64,000 bases of DNA. It comes from Chara braunii. Taxonomy: Eukaryota > Plantae > Charophyceae. Every line of letters starts with the position of its first letter. Position 1 is the stretch's first letter. A program made the position numbers and the translations under genes. Positions 36,431 to 49,646 of the stretch are shown one piece after another. The stretch spans positions 2,233,931-2,297,930 of the forward strand of contig BFEA01000032.1 in the NCBI GenBank assembly GCA_003427395.1. The letters are read 5' to 3'. The notes below the pieces were generated by a model. The model saw only the letters and a program-made list of their open reading frames with translations, did no database searches and was not told the origin of the DNA.

Positions 36431-37516
36431 ATGAGAAGATTGGAAGGCTTGAAGTTGGTCATGTGGGCAGACTGGAGAAGCAAAGCAAAATCCGGAAAAG
36501 GGAATAGGAGGCAACTCCGTTGGTTTTTTTGAGACATGGGCAAGGAGCAGTCAACTGGTGGTGGTTCAGTTTGAGAAGGGTCTGATTTTCTTAGACTGGC
36601 TTCTCGATAAGCCGCCCCGAAACAGGTGGATTTCAGGTAATGGTGGTAAAGGGAGTGTTGGAGGTTGTGGTAGCCTTCAGGAAATACCAGGACACTCGAT
36701 GCTCTAGGACTGTTGTGGGCCGTTAGTAGAGTGTCAGTAGGATCGGGACCCAGTCCTGTGGGCCATGCTAGTACCAAAATTAGTAAGATAAAGCAATTTG
36801 GATTGAGACACAAGGTAACCGTGAGTGGGTAGTTAACATTGACATCAACACTGCTACATAGACTCAGGAGCGTATCAATCTGGAACCTTCTCAAAGGGAA
36901 GAGAATCGAGACAGTATCGAATGGTAAGGCAAGAACTGTACGACCGAGCAAAGAGCTCGTAAGCTAAACTGGCTGACGTTGCCACGATAACTCCGGGTCA
37001 AATTGTGAGGATGATGGCCTTAATTTTTTCTCTGCAATATATGAATGGAACCTGTTTTGATTTGAAAAAAAAAAAAAAAAAAGTAGGGAAAGTACGGCCC
37101 GACCATTTTGGGAGGTGAAAATGTCGTTTGTCGGAATGGTGTCGGATCGACCGATGCCTTGTGCTATTTCGAATGCGAGTTGGGGAAGAAGAAAAATTGA
37201 TGTCAACAAAGGCGGCGAGGACGAAAATGAAGAATAATGAGGGCGATGCAAGTAGGGAAAAACCTATCTTCCTAGATCATCAATGGAATGAAGTAAGGAA
37301 AGGTGTAAGAAAGGTGTTTTTGAGTGGCGAAAATCCGATAGAAGAGTGAAATTTTAAATAAGGGGGTGGTTTTTGACGTGCATGAGTTAGAGACCACGCA
37401 GTGCTTAAGTGGAGATAGACGGACAAGAGATGGTTGCCGAAGGGGAAGAAGGATGATGTTGATGTCGACATAGAGGGACAACGAGGCGAAGACGCACGGT
37501 GGAGGAACAGACAAGG

Positions 37517-38095
37517 GAGCAGAAGGCGAGTATGGTGAAAGCAGGAGTAGATAGTAGAAGTGAGGTAATGAGGTAAGAGAGGGAGGAAGAGGCTTCGAGG
37601 GGAAGGATGTGCAATATATTTACCCGTGATCGAGCGGGATATTCATTCTCATTGTGCATGGATCGGGATTGAGGTGATATTACCGGGGATCATGATCTTC
37701 CCTCTCTATCAGATATTGGTCCTCGTATTCAGCCTATGTGTCGCGACTGTTTTCATGAAGCTATCATGGTGACCTTCTGCAACGACATCGTCCATGTCAA
37801 CAGAGTCGCGGCTGCCTTCATATCCACTGTCACTTCAGAAGATGACGATGATAGCTTGATGAAAACGGTCGCAGCACTCAGGCTGAAGATGAGGACCACG
37901 ATCCGATGGAGGGGGAAGATCACCATCCCGGGCAATACAACTGCGATCCGATCGATGCAAAATGAGAATGAATATCACGCCAGATCATGGGCAGGACCGT
38001 CCACATGTCCCACCCCTCGAAGACTCTTCCTCCTCGTCTTACCTCATTACAGCTCTCCTACTGTCTACTCCTGCTTTCGCCCTATTCGCCTTGCT
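37517..38095. repeat. Long imperfect inverted repeat (~250-bp arms, ~80-bp spacer)
   Basis: 37517-37766 is reverse-complementary to 37849-38095, e.g. atattcattctcatt / aatgagaatgaatat and gaaagcaggagtaga / tctactcctgctttc. Confidence 0.75.
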
Positions 38096-38559
38096 GAGAG
38101 GCCTGTGTCTCAGTCTCTCTCTCTCTCTCTCTCTAGCACACGCTCATGTGCCCAAACAGAGTTTATTACCCGAGAGGCCTTTGTCACAGGAAGGAAGGCA
38201 ACAGCGACACTCTTGGCGAGGACGATGTCGTTGCAGAAGGTGACCGTGATACCCTTCACCACTTCAGAATGCAGATTGCCTAAACAGGTGATTTTCAAGG
38301 TCTTCGGACCTTTCACCACTTCAGAACACCCTTCACCACTTCAGGATGTTACCTGCCTAAACAAGTGGTTTTCAGGGTGTTCGGACCTTTCACCACTTCA
38401 ATTCAGGATTTTCAGACTGCCAAAAACTCTCACTTCGGAATTCTCATTCCTGAATTTTCAACTACCCGTCAACAGCTTTTGTCAGGGCGGGTAATGCTCC
38501 ACCAAAGGGGTGACCACTATGTAGTGTCGACCATGCAAGGGAATCAGGGAGCCTAGTAC

Positions 38560-41500
38560 ACTGTGAGTACCTAAATGAAGCATGCATGGCTGCCTAACTA
38601 GGGTGGGAGTGCCGGCATAGGGTAGAGAAAGTGATGGGTAAGGGAATCATGCAAATGACTCCTAAAGTGAGGGAAGTGGGAGCTAGATCCGTAAGCTGGG
38701 AAGGCAGGGCAACGTTACAGTCTCGATGCCTATGCATATACCAAGGAAGAGCCCGACTCAGAGGAACCTGGCAAAGGAGACCATCGTGCGGCATAACCAG
38801 AGTACTGTACAGGGTAAGGTGGTAAAAGAGTGACGACGTCTGAAGTAGGCAGAGTTGATCGTGATAACGGTCGTAAAATTGTCGATGATGTCTAGGATGA
38901 GAAGTCCGGAATGTCGTCGAGGAAGAGTCACAACATCGATGAGATGAAGTAGCAAAATTGAAGTGAATGGAGTACTGAGTAGTCAAAGATGTGGGAAGAT
39001 AAGTCAAAGTCAATCGTCATATCGACCAGAACGACGACGAGTGCGCTGTGGACGATCAAAAGCATCCGGCTGCTGCTGAAGGTCTTTCTAAGACGGGGCA
39101 GATTCGACTTCAGCAGTTTCCTCAGCCGAGGGAGAAGGAAGAGGGTCAGTGGGCTGAGGAGGAGCAATCAACCCAGCACGAGGAGCACGGTCATAGGCAC
39201 GCATCAACATGCGAGCGTATTGCAAGTGCTCGAGGGGCTCCCAAGTAGCCTCTTCATCAGGGTAACCCTTCCAATGTAGAAGATACTCGACGTGAGGAGG
39301 GTTGTCGTCGGTGACTCAATGACCAATGATGTGTAAAACGAGGAACTCCTCATGCTCGTCCAGTATGATGGGTGGAGGGCGCTCGTATGGTCATCCAGCA
39401 AAATGCTCAGACGGTCTGCGGTAGGGACAGTAACGAGTCATGGTAGACATCGTACATACGAGTCTGACGTAGGTAGTTGGGCAACTTTACATGGAAGCTG
39501 ACCGGGGTAGATGCCGTATGGGAACAGGCAGCCTGGATAATGCGGCATGGGTCAAAGAAGCGACGCTGAAACTTGCGAAGCGTGTGTGCTTCGAGTTGTA
39601 AGTGGCCGACGTCAACAAACACATCATCACTGGCTTTGAATGAATGATTCATCCTTGATTGGTTCGCAATGCGGCCATGCGAGTCTGGGAAGCGGCTATG
39701 TGCTCATGCGAGGTCTTCATGATCGATGTCGTGTGTGCAACCCAATAATCCAGTGCGGAACAACTCGTGTCGAGGTGTATATGTGACGATCGAAGGAAGT
39801 CCGCGGGAATACGAGGGTGATAACCGAGGTCGCAATAGTAAGGCGATATTCCCGTGGTTGGCGAAACGGCGTGGTTGTAGGCTATCCCCACGTGGGCAAG
39901 ATGGAAATCTCACTGCCGGTCGTCACGAACAATCTTTCGGAGAATATCGTCGAGAATCCTGTTCCTGATCGTGGTCTGGTCATCAGTCTGGGGATGGTAA
40001 GACGAGGAGAAGCGCAGCTGCGTGTCGTACACCTCGTGGAGCCGTCGCCAGAATTGGCTTGTAAAGTGGGGGTCACAGTCAGATATGATGCTCAGAGGTA
40101 AGTCGTCGTCACTCACGACTCGCCTAAACATGATGTCGGCGACCTCACGTGCATTGATGGCATAGCGGCACAGAACAAAGCGTGCGCGCTTCGTGAAGCG
40201 GTCGACGACAACTAGGATATTATCATGAGCGTGGGGGGTAGGAGGACGAAGAGGACTGATAAAGTCAATGGAGATGGACTGCCATCGACCCTCAAGAATA
40301 GGAAGAAGTTGAAGCAAACCATAAGGCAGGTGGTTCACACTGTTCACCTCCTGACAGGTGGGACACTCTGCGACGTAGTCCTTTACAAAGTCCTTGCGCT
40401 TCGGCGAAACGTACATGTGACTCACACGAGCCAACGTCTTGTGGAAGCCCATATGACCGGTGGCTGCGTGGTCGTGGAACTCTGCGGCTGCCCGGACAGG
40501 CAGTTGTCCAATAGAGGGAATGCAAATGCGGGGCTCTCTGATGCCCTTTGAACTATGCCAGTACACAAGACCATTGTTCCCGAGATAGTAGTTTAGAACG
40601 GTCTTGCCACTCTGAAGGGTCGCATGGATGTCACGATAGTCGAGGCAGTGGCGGTACTGAGCGCGAAACTCATCGTTCACCGAGTGGTGGACGATGGTGA
40701 TCGAGATGGCAGCGAGCTAGATCTGCTCCAGATTATGGTCACGGCGCCGGGATAAGGCATCTGCAACTCGATTGGTCTCACCCTTGATGTACTCAGTGGT
40801 GAAACTAAACTCGGATAGGTCGCGCCACCAGCGAGCCTGTCAAAGAGTGAGCTTCGACTTTGTCAGAAAAGTCAGGACAACAGAGTTGTCTGTGCGGTAA
40901 ATACACTTCAAAGTGGCTTTGTGTACCATTATGTTTTTGTTATGTTAACTTTATTTCATGGGTAGATAATCGATTGCATTTGATTTATTTATTGAATTTT
41001 TTATTTATTCATTTCGAAAGAGGCGTAAGAACCAACTAAAAACTTGTTGAAACCACAAAAAAAAAGCAAACATATATGTTACAAATTTGTGCTTCATTAA
41101 TTGATAATCTGAGTGGTCTTATCCATGAATGGTGTCTCGTGCAGGTAGTGACGTCAGTGCAGAGTGACATAAACTATTGCGAGAACATCACGTTCATCAG
41201 CAGTATAGTTTATCTCGGTAGGCAGGAGTTGACGAGATTAGAAAGTTATCGGACAATCACCTAAGCGAGACTCGACAGTGCCGTCCTCGGCGATGGTAGG
41301 AGAATAGTCAATAGAAGGTTCGTCAGTAGCTACACGAGTAGGCGTCATGTGGGAAGCAGTGGTAGGGGTAGGGGGTGGGAAGTGAGGGATGCGAGGATGA
41401 GAGGAATCAGGAGAGGAGGGGAAAATATGAGAAAGCACTGCTCCTACAGCAAAGTCTGACGCATTGGTGGTAAGGACAAAAGGGCGATCAAAATCGGGTA

Positions 41501-43045
41501 GGTGGAGAACCGGTGCACATGTCACCACCTTCTTGAGGGTGCAGAAGGCATCCTTGTGGAGGGGTGTCCAAGCTCGAAGCTGGTTCTTTTTCAGAACGAG
41601 GGTAGAGGTAAGGATGTAGGAATACCTAGCATATCCCTGGATGAAATTACTATAGTAACTAGCGAGGCCTAGGAAATTGTGAAGTTGCGTGGCGGATGTG
41701 GAGACGGGTCACTCCGCAATAGCAGTGATCTTCGCGTCGTCCATGTGGAGACCCTTGTCAGACACGCAGTGTTATAAGAAATTTATTTTGTGTTGGGCAA
41801 AGCGGCACTTGCTCAGCTTGGTGTAGAAGCCATGTCTGCGCAAGCGGTCAAGGATGTCGTGGAGGTGTCTGAGATACTCCTCAAGGGTACGATTGTAGAT
41901 TAGGATATCGTCGAGGTAGACGGGAACGTACTGCTCCAAGATGTCCCTGAAGATGTCGCTCATCGCCATTTGGAAGGTAGCGGGTGCGTTGATGAGGCCA
42001 AATGACATCACTGTAAACTCATAGTGGTCGAAGCCATATCAGAACGCTGTCTTCGGTTGGTCCGCTGCAGCGACGCGGATCTGATGGTAACCGCTACGAA
42101 GCTCAATTTCGTAAAGAAGTTGTTGTCTGCTAGGCGGTCAAACAACTCATCGGAACGAGGTATGGGGCAGTTGTTCTTAACCGTGTAGCGGTTGATACCA
42201 CGATAAACGATGCAGAGAAAGAGAGTTTCATCCGCTTTGTGAGCAAAGAGGACGGGTGCACCCGACGGGGAGTTGCTGGGTTTAATAAAACCCAGTCACA
42301 TGAGCTCCTCAAGTTGACTCTTGATTCGGTGGCCTCGGGGATCGAGAGTCTATAGAGTGTCTGGTGGTCAACACGATAGTCAGGCACAAGTTGGATGGAA
42401 TGCTCGACGCGCGCATCGGTGGGATGTCGTCGTATGAGAACGACGATGGAAAAATTTTGTGGTATTCTTGAAAGAGATCACGAACTACGGGCTCCAGGTC
42501 GGCCGTATAGCGTTTGAGTTCCTCAGCTCAGCATAAGCGTGGAACGACAGGGTAGACTCGATGGACTGCGGAGGGAGGAAAGTAGAGATGGGAGCCATAG
42601 AGATAGAAGGAGGATCTGGCTTCAGGGAGATGAGCTCGGCGTCGGGAGAGGGTGGATCATAGTGCAAGAGATCCGTAACGTTCACCGTAAAGAAGGTAAC
42701 GTCGTTCTGTCGGATGAAGTGAGCGAACTGCCGAGTTGAGGTGACGGTGATAGTATGAGATGGTGTGGACACGGAAGGCTCCAGGGGAAGAGGATCGGGG
42801 CGTGGTGTCGCAGTGGTACCTATAAAAGGTACGCGATACGTCTGTCGATTCTTCGTTCTGAGAACGAGAGAGTTGGTCGCTCAATCGACCTCGGTGCTAC
42901 GAAACCTACGAGACCACGGAGTACTGAGAATGAAATTGTACCCCGTCTCCATCACATCAAAATGTGTAGAGGAGCGGTGGTTACGAGACGGTAGGAGACG
43001 ATCAGTCATCTCTAGTGTGAGGAAGAAAGGGAGGTCGAGGACCGT
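38560..43045 (-). mobile_element. pol: Degenerate Ty3/Gypsy chromovirus pol (PR-RT-RH-INT-chromodomain), 5' truncated
   Basis: RT MSFGLINAPATFQ..VYLDDILI; RH TNASDFAVGAVL; INT H..GHMG..CPTCQ..VVDRFTK..SSYHPQTD; chromodomain EYLLHWKGYPDEEATWEP (~39230-39290). Left boundary approximate; LTR not identified. Confidence 0.9.
40898..41128. mobile_element. ~230-bp AT-rich insertion interrupting RNase H
   Basis: Separates RHYLH..PF from RTDN in the minus-strand RH; no clear TIR or TSD; boundaries approximate. Confidence 0.55.
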
Positions 43046-44390
43046 TGAAAAAGTTTGTGGCACGAGAAGAGGTAAGGTAAGCACTTTGAGTTCCCTATGA
43101 TAGGACTCCATCAGGACAGTAGGTGCCTTAGTCAAGTTACAGGAGAGTGAGAAGGATGAGATATATGGGTTAGATGTGTGTTTGTTTGATCATGATTGAC
43201 TTTATTCGTCCTCTTGCTTACCCTCTTTTATGCCTGTCGTCTCTTTCGCCTGTTGTGCAGGTCTGACTTTTCGAAGACAGCCATATCGAGGGGAAGGAGG
43301 GAGACACGATCACAACAGAGACCTTTGAGGGCATCAAGTGGGGGCGAGCGGCATGGGTCTTTTCGGAAAGAGCACACGCCTATGTACGACGATGGGGATA
43401 AAGCTCTTTCTGGACGAGTTTCATGATTATGCCGTACAATGAGGGTGAACCGTATCAGAGATGAGACGAAGACTGAGAGGGGCCGGTCGATTTAAGGAGC
43501 CTATCATGCGGATTCGCAGGGAGGCGCCGACCTGGCAGGACGTAGAGACAAGGACGTAGGGGTTGAGGCCGTCTCCAGTGGGGCCAGGTGGGTTACCTGT
43601 CCATTTGGAGATAGGGAATGTGGAGGGGTTCATCCCAGCCTTCGAGCGATTCATGCACGATCAAGGTGTCCTGAGGGAGGAGTGGTTGCAAACACTGACA
43701 TTGTGGACCAAGAGGGCGGAACGACCCCTAGCCAGACAAATCCATGATGGGGAACGAGACCGGGAGGATTATAAGGTGCATCCGAGGGAGGCATTTCGGC
43801 AACCAGAGCCAGACAGACCCCAACCTAGAGTTGAGAGGAGAGAAAGGAGCAGGAGGCAGAGATCTTGAGCAGAGGGAAGTCATCTCAAATCGAGGGGGGC
43901 AAAAGTCGCTCGCTAGTCGACATGAAGGACCATCGCAACCTGCCCGAGAGCAAGAGGCATATCCTGAGTGCGGGCTCAACCAGTGGTATTTCAGTGCTTC
44001 ACTGAAGGAAAGCTGCGAGACTTTCCTCAGTGATCGCCAGACAAGCATGAGGCAACACCATAAGGGGGGCCTCTACAAAGTTTGGAGGCGCATCTTGCTG
44101 CTTCGCTGTGGGGGACACCGCAAATGGGCGTGTATCGTGGTGAGCCGGTGGGGGACGTGCGGATGAAGGAAGAACAGAGGCTAGAGTAAGAGGTGGAGGT
44201 AGGGGTCCTGGTCGAGCGACATATTGAGGAAGTGGTAGAGGTTAGAGCAACATATTAAGGAGGGGGTCGTGTCCTCAGTATGAACCTCCTGTGTACCACC
44301 CACTCTTCGCAGGGTGCAGAAGAGGGTGTGGTTCTCAAGCGCCTTGGCGATTGTCTAGCGTCGAGAGATTAACCCCTCAAGGCATGTATC
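43046..44390 (+). mobile_element. Probable 5' fragment of another LTR element (LTR-like 43046-43336, PBS-like TGGGGGC, gag-like relic)
   Basis: Homology with the Gypsy protease region ends at TGA; ..TCA-ag-TGGGGGC follows; ORF 43563-43868 NVEGFIPAFERFM..EEWL is gag-like. Confidence 0.4.
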
Positions 44391-44494
44391 AGCCGACACT
44401 CTATATTTGTTCATATTCTTATTCTATATTCAATTATTCGTGAATATTTTATTTATCATTAATATAATTAAATATTATTAATAATTAAATAATG

Positions 44495-45180
44495 CTAGAT
44501 TACCAGCCCGGACGTCCGGGACCCTTTTTTGTTCCGGGTTGTTCGATCGGACAACTCCCCCGGTCCACTGTCCGGGCTGGTTAAGAATCGGCTTTGGGGT
44601 CCGATCAGGTTTTATGGTCTGCGGAGGTGCGGTTTGGAGTACGTAGTACCTCTGCTTAGGTTGGGCGATTTTGGTGAGGCCGGTAGGGCCTCCAAAACGA
44701 AAACGAAAATGGAACGGTCTGGGTCATCATATCTAAGAGATCTACGATCCAGATCGGACCAAATTCGAATTCCAACTGCGGCCCCCCCGCCATCTGGCCG
44801 TACGCGATTTAGGTATGTTATGGGAGTTGGACGTTGCCGAAATTGTGCACCATCGGCCACGACCGGACATGTGTTCCAAACCCCATGCAGGTGCGTACCG
44901 TCATCCTTCCTCCTCCTCTGTCTCTCTCATGTCTCTCCTCCCCCTCCTCCTTTTCCTTCATTTCTTCCTCGTTCTCCTCCTCCTTTCCGTCCACTTCCTT
45001 CTGCTCCTCCTCCTCCTCCTCCTTCTTCTCCTCTTCTTCCTCCTGCTCTCCTCCACCTCCTCCTCCTCCTCGCCCGTCGCAGCCGTCCTCCTCCTCCTCC
45101 TCTTCTTCTTCGTTGCCATCGTCCTCCTCTTCCTCTTCCTCCTCCTCCTCGTCTATCATCGCGACGTCCCGATTGTGTGT

Positions 45181-45232
<52 letters not shown>

Positions 45233-45538
45233 AAATAGAGTTCGTGTGTGTGTGTGTTTTGTGATGTTTGTTGTACACAATTCCACAAAGAAAAGCATAA
45301 GTAGGTGAAAGTCCGAAGAAACAGCCAGACACAGTCACGCTTTTTTTTGTGGAGTTGTGAAGAGCGAACAAGACTGCATACAAGAGCACACGCAAACACA
45401 AACAGGCAAGCCAACTCTATGTGTTTGTGTATGTGTATGTGCATGTGAGGGCATGTGTGTGTACGTGCTTGTGTGTGTGTGTGTGTGTGTGTGTATCTGT
45501 GTGTTTGTGTGTCTGTGTCTGTGTGTCTGCGTGTTGCA

Positions 45539-45572
<34 letters not shown>

Positions 45573-45918
45573 TGTGTGTATGTGCACTCGTGTGTGGATA
45601 CGAGATAGTGTGTGTGTGTGTGTGGATAGTGTGTGTGTAGACACATGCCGGGGCTGCAGCAGCGGATCTTCCACAACGCCTTCCACCTCCTTCCCCACCC
45701 CCAACACCTTTTTTAATTTTTTTTTTAATTTTTTTTTGCTCAGAAAGACCTAAAAATTGTTTTGGGGGGTCCCTTGGTGGTGCACATCCCCTTTCCCCCC
45801 GCTTTTTTTTTTTTTTTTGCTTTCCAGATTTGGAAAAAATGAGTTGTTTGGGATCTTGGACAACTCCACACAGGCTGTCCGGCCAGGGCAACGGGTCATC
45901 GGACAACTGGTAGCTTAG
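44495..45918. mobile_element. Larger member of the CTAGGCTACCAG-TIR family, filled with microsatellites
   Basis: ctagattaccag ... ctggtagcttag termini and ggacaactcc/tgtccgg subterminal motifs; flanks do not form a TSD. Confidence 0.5.
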
Positions 45919-45965
45919 GTCGAACGTGACCCTCGAGACAAATAAGGGCCACGTGATTATGGGTA

Positions 45966-46022
45966 CTACATAGTACACCATCATCTACATAGTACGCCAT
46001 CATCTACATAGTACGCCATCAT
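45966..46022 (+). repeat. 19-bp tandem repeat x3
   Basis: ctacatagtacgccatcat. Confidence 0.85.
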
Positions 46023-49000
46023 TGCAACTGCTTGCGTGCTCAAAAATGGATAGTCGATATGAGTAAGCCTGTGTCCGCGTGATATTTATTTATAAGTCTA
46101 GCGCGCGACGCCTAACCGATTTTCGTATCAAAGTGTTATGGGTTGGATATTAAAGGGACTAGGAGTGTTTTGTTTTGTGTGAGTGATCCGACTTTTGCTT
46201 TGGTGTGGTGTAACGTGTGGTAAGAAGGATGCGTCCTAGTCGACCGACAACAAGTCGCGCTTGGGACTTCAGCCCCCCAGTGCGTCGATTCACGTATGGG
46301 TTCGATAGAGGCATGAGACCGCGCATACCCCCTATGCTACAGCGTACGAGAAACGCCATCGGTTGGGCCACCTATGCAATTGCAACTGATTAGCTTTCGC
46401 ACGTGGTTCAGTAGCTCGGCGGGGATACACCCACCTAAGGGATGGTGACAACTTGTACCTCGTGTGACCCTATCCTATCATAGGGTTTCATGAAAGGTAT
46501 GGTTGACGCTCTCGGTCGGAGCGGCGACATAAGCTCCATTATACCGCAATAAAAGGATAAAGTCCTGCCACCAATCCTGTGTGATGTGGCCGGGAGGGTC
46601 CCCTGTAGGACCGATGCGCTCGACGACGTTTGCACCCCTGGAGGAGCAAGTCAATGCGCTCGCCCTTGAAGTCCACAACATCAAGGGTTCTCCTCATTGC
46701 TCTCTCCACCGCTCTCACACTCCATCGCCTACCGGCTCACAATCCGGCTCCCCACAACTCCAAACACGGAGACGTGGTGGTTCGTCCTCCTCCGCGGGTC
46801 AGACCCAACACTCCCCCTCCGCAGTGGTGAGTGTCGCTGCCGCTTAGACCATACCATTTGTTGCGGCACACCTGTTGGCCCCTGCCGCCCCTGGCGTTTC
46901 GACCACTACCGTAGATGCGGCTGCCCTGATACTGGTACCTGATCATGCAGTTTCATCTACTCATCCCGGTATGGCTTACCAGTTTCTTGCTTCGGTCCCG
47001 ACACTACGGCCCGAAGCCCTCCCTCCTCCCCTCATCTCCTCCCTCCTGCCTCAGGATTCCGTACAATTCGTTACTCCTCCTCCCTCTAGGATACCCTCTC
47101 CACCTCCTCCACCTCCGACCCGTCACACCCAGCGAGTGGCTACCTTGCCGGCCACCGTCACGCAGCTCCAGGCGGAGATTCTCACCCTAAGACAACCTCA
47201 CCCTTTTCAGGCTTCTCACACTTCGTATTCATTTACCGCCCCTCCCACCTCTGTCTTGCAGGCTTGTTTCCCTCAACCTGCTCCTCCCCCTCTACCCTCC
47301 TACTTCACCACTCCGTCACAGCTGGCTGCGACCGTGGCCTCCACCTCTGCTGGACCTTCCATCACCACCGCCGGCCCACAACCTGCCATCACTTACACCC
47401 CTGCACCGGCCCCGACATTTACCGCCACAGTGCAGACCCATAAGCCTCGATCCCCTCGCCGCCAGCACAATGGTCCCCCCTTGTGCGTGTGTCAGATATA
47501 CCCGATTACGATGGCACACTTAATGTATCGCATTGGTTGCAGGCTGCTACACGTACACTAACACTAACAAACATTAATGAGGAGTTGTGGTGCTCTATGC
47601 TCGCAACTAAATTGCGAGGCAGAGCATTCTCCGCATGGGAGAACTACTATACCCATAGTACTCGCTCGGGTGAGGCTCTTACTTTCACGGACTTCACCGT
47701 GTTCCTTCGTGACCGCTATGGCACTTTACACGACGCGATCGACGCCTTAGATCGAGTCACCCAGATGCAACAGTGTGGGTCCTTCGCACCAGCAGATCTC
47801 GAGCGTCACATCCGGGTGTTTCAAGACGCCCACCTCATTTGCAATGAGGCACTCCTACTTTAGGTCCCTCTGACCAACAGGTTTGTTGCCAGTTTTCCAT
47901 CTGACTACCGCATTGAGCTCTGACGACAAACGTTCGCCTCCACAGAGCAGGCCTACGAGGCTGCTCAACAGGACCAGAAGATGCAGAGTCGTGGCTCCGA
48001 CGCCCCATCTTCTTCGCGACAAGCCACCGCAACCCATTCACGCAACACTACTCGCGGTCGATCCTCTTTTGTCGGCCGTTTTCGTCGACCAGCTCGGCCT
48101 GAAGCGCCATTCTCTTGGCGCTACCGTTCTCTCGAGTACGGCGAGGACGCCTTAGGCAAGCTTGACCCTTCGGGACGTCACTTAGTAGCACTTGGATGAC
48201 GACACTGTCCCGGTGGCCGACCGGTTGCAGATGGGGATCCCCGCCATAATTCTCTCGAGTATGGCGAGGACGCCTTAGGCGAGTTTGACCCTACCTTTGG
48301 GGACTCCCTCGAGGACCTCAAGCTTCGGGACGTCATCCAGTACCACTTGGATGACGACGCTGTCTTGGTGGTCGACCGCTTGCAGATGGGGATGTCTGCT
48401 ATGGGTCGTGCACGTAGTCAGGTTGCATAGGCAGACGCCCTCACGTTCGTTGTCCCTCAGATAGACCTTCCGCAGGGTTTCGTCCCTCCTCGCGGATCTT
48501 TATCCCCTAAGGAGCGCGCTACCCTAGAGGTCCATCGCGGTTGCCTTCGTTACCGCAAGGATGGACACACCTCCTCACAGTGTTCATACCATGCTGCCCT
48601 CGATCGACACTATGTCGATATTTCTCGTAAGCGCTGATCTCAATCCCCCCCCCGCCACGCCCGGCCAGTCCCATCTAGCTAGCCACGGTGAAGTGTACCG
48701 TTGAGGCCTTGCAAGTAGCCGGCTTCCCAACCACCGAGTCGTGGTTTGCCCCTTTGGCTACCACACCAGAGGATCCTCGGGACATAACAGACGTAGTCCC
48801 GTCTACCCCGCCGTCTATCGAGATACTGTTTGTCCCACAATAGACCACCGCATCTAGTCCTTCCCCTCCGAGACTTCCGACGCGTCTCGCCATTCGCCCA
48901 ACTCGTTGTAGCGCCCAACTCGCGACTCGTGATGACGTTGTGAAATCTTTTCTGGATTTGAGCATTCTTGAGGCTTGTCAGGAGTGACTCATGAGACACG

Positions 49001-49285
49001 TAAACATCCTGCGTCGTCTTCTCACTTTGCTCTCTGACCCTGATCGAACCCTCCCTATCATTCCTATCTGCTTGGGGATGTCTATGAGGGTGTATTGCAC
49101 TTTATGGGACTCCGACTCGCAGGAAAACTTTGTTCAACCTCGCGTGGTTCAGGAAGTTCATCTAGCTACCTCCGGGTCTCACTCTCCTATCCTAGTTACC
49201 CTCGGAGATAACAAGACGCAGTGCTTCTTCGATCAGACGGTCCTCGACCTCCACTTTTCCCTCACCCTCCAGCCACCAGATAGTA

Positions 49286-49646
49286 CCCAGAACAACAATT
49301 TCATAAAAACAGACATTTTTTTTCTTTTTTGAACGAAATTGAAATCGACTAATTTGGCAAGAATCTGCCTGAGCTAGGTTGAAAATTTGTCAAAAATAAG
49401 GGTCCGCCGGACGTCCCGGACTTCAACAAGGTCTAGATACATCCGGAGTCTGGCGTTTTTAAAACGCTGGAACCCCTAGACTCTAGCTAGGTCCAAATAC
49501 ATCGTGGGGGTTCGACATTTTAAGAATGTCGGACCCTCGATTTCATCAAATTTGGTCCTGGCTCAGACAAATTTTTGCCATATTATTCGGTTTCAATTTC
49601 GTTTAAAAAATAAAAAATCTCGTTTTGACGAAATTGTTGTTCCAGG
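49286..49646. mobile_element. Foldback MITE with ~100-bp imperfect TIRs, in the Gypsy protease region
   Basis: gaacaacaatttc..aacgaaattgaaa..tggcaagaat.tg.ctgagc is mirrored at the right end; TSD uncertain (TA/TG). Confidence 0.8.

Noticed and set aside
36163-36951. 262-aa minus-strand ORF
   Set aside because: Partly antisense to the LINE relic; no recognisable motif or splice context.
44529-45984. Overlapping ORFs of 259-388 aa
   Set aside because: Products of (CCT)n and (GT)n microsatellites.
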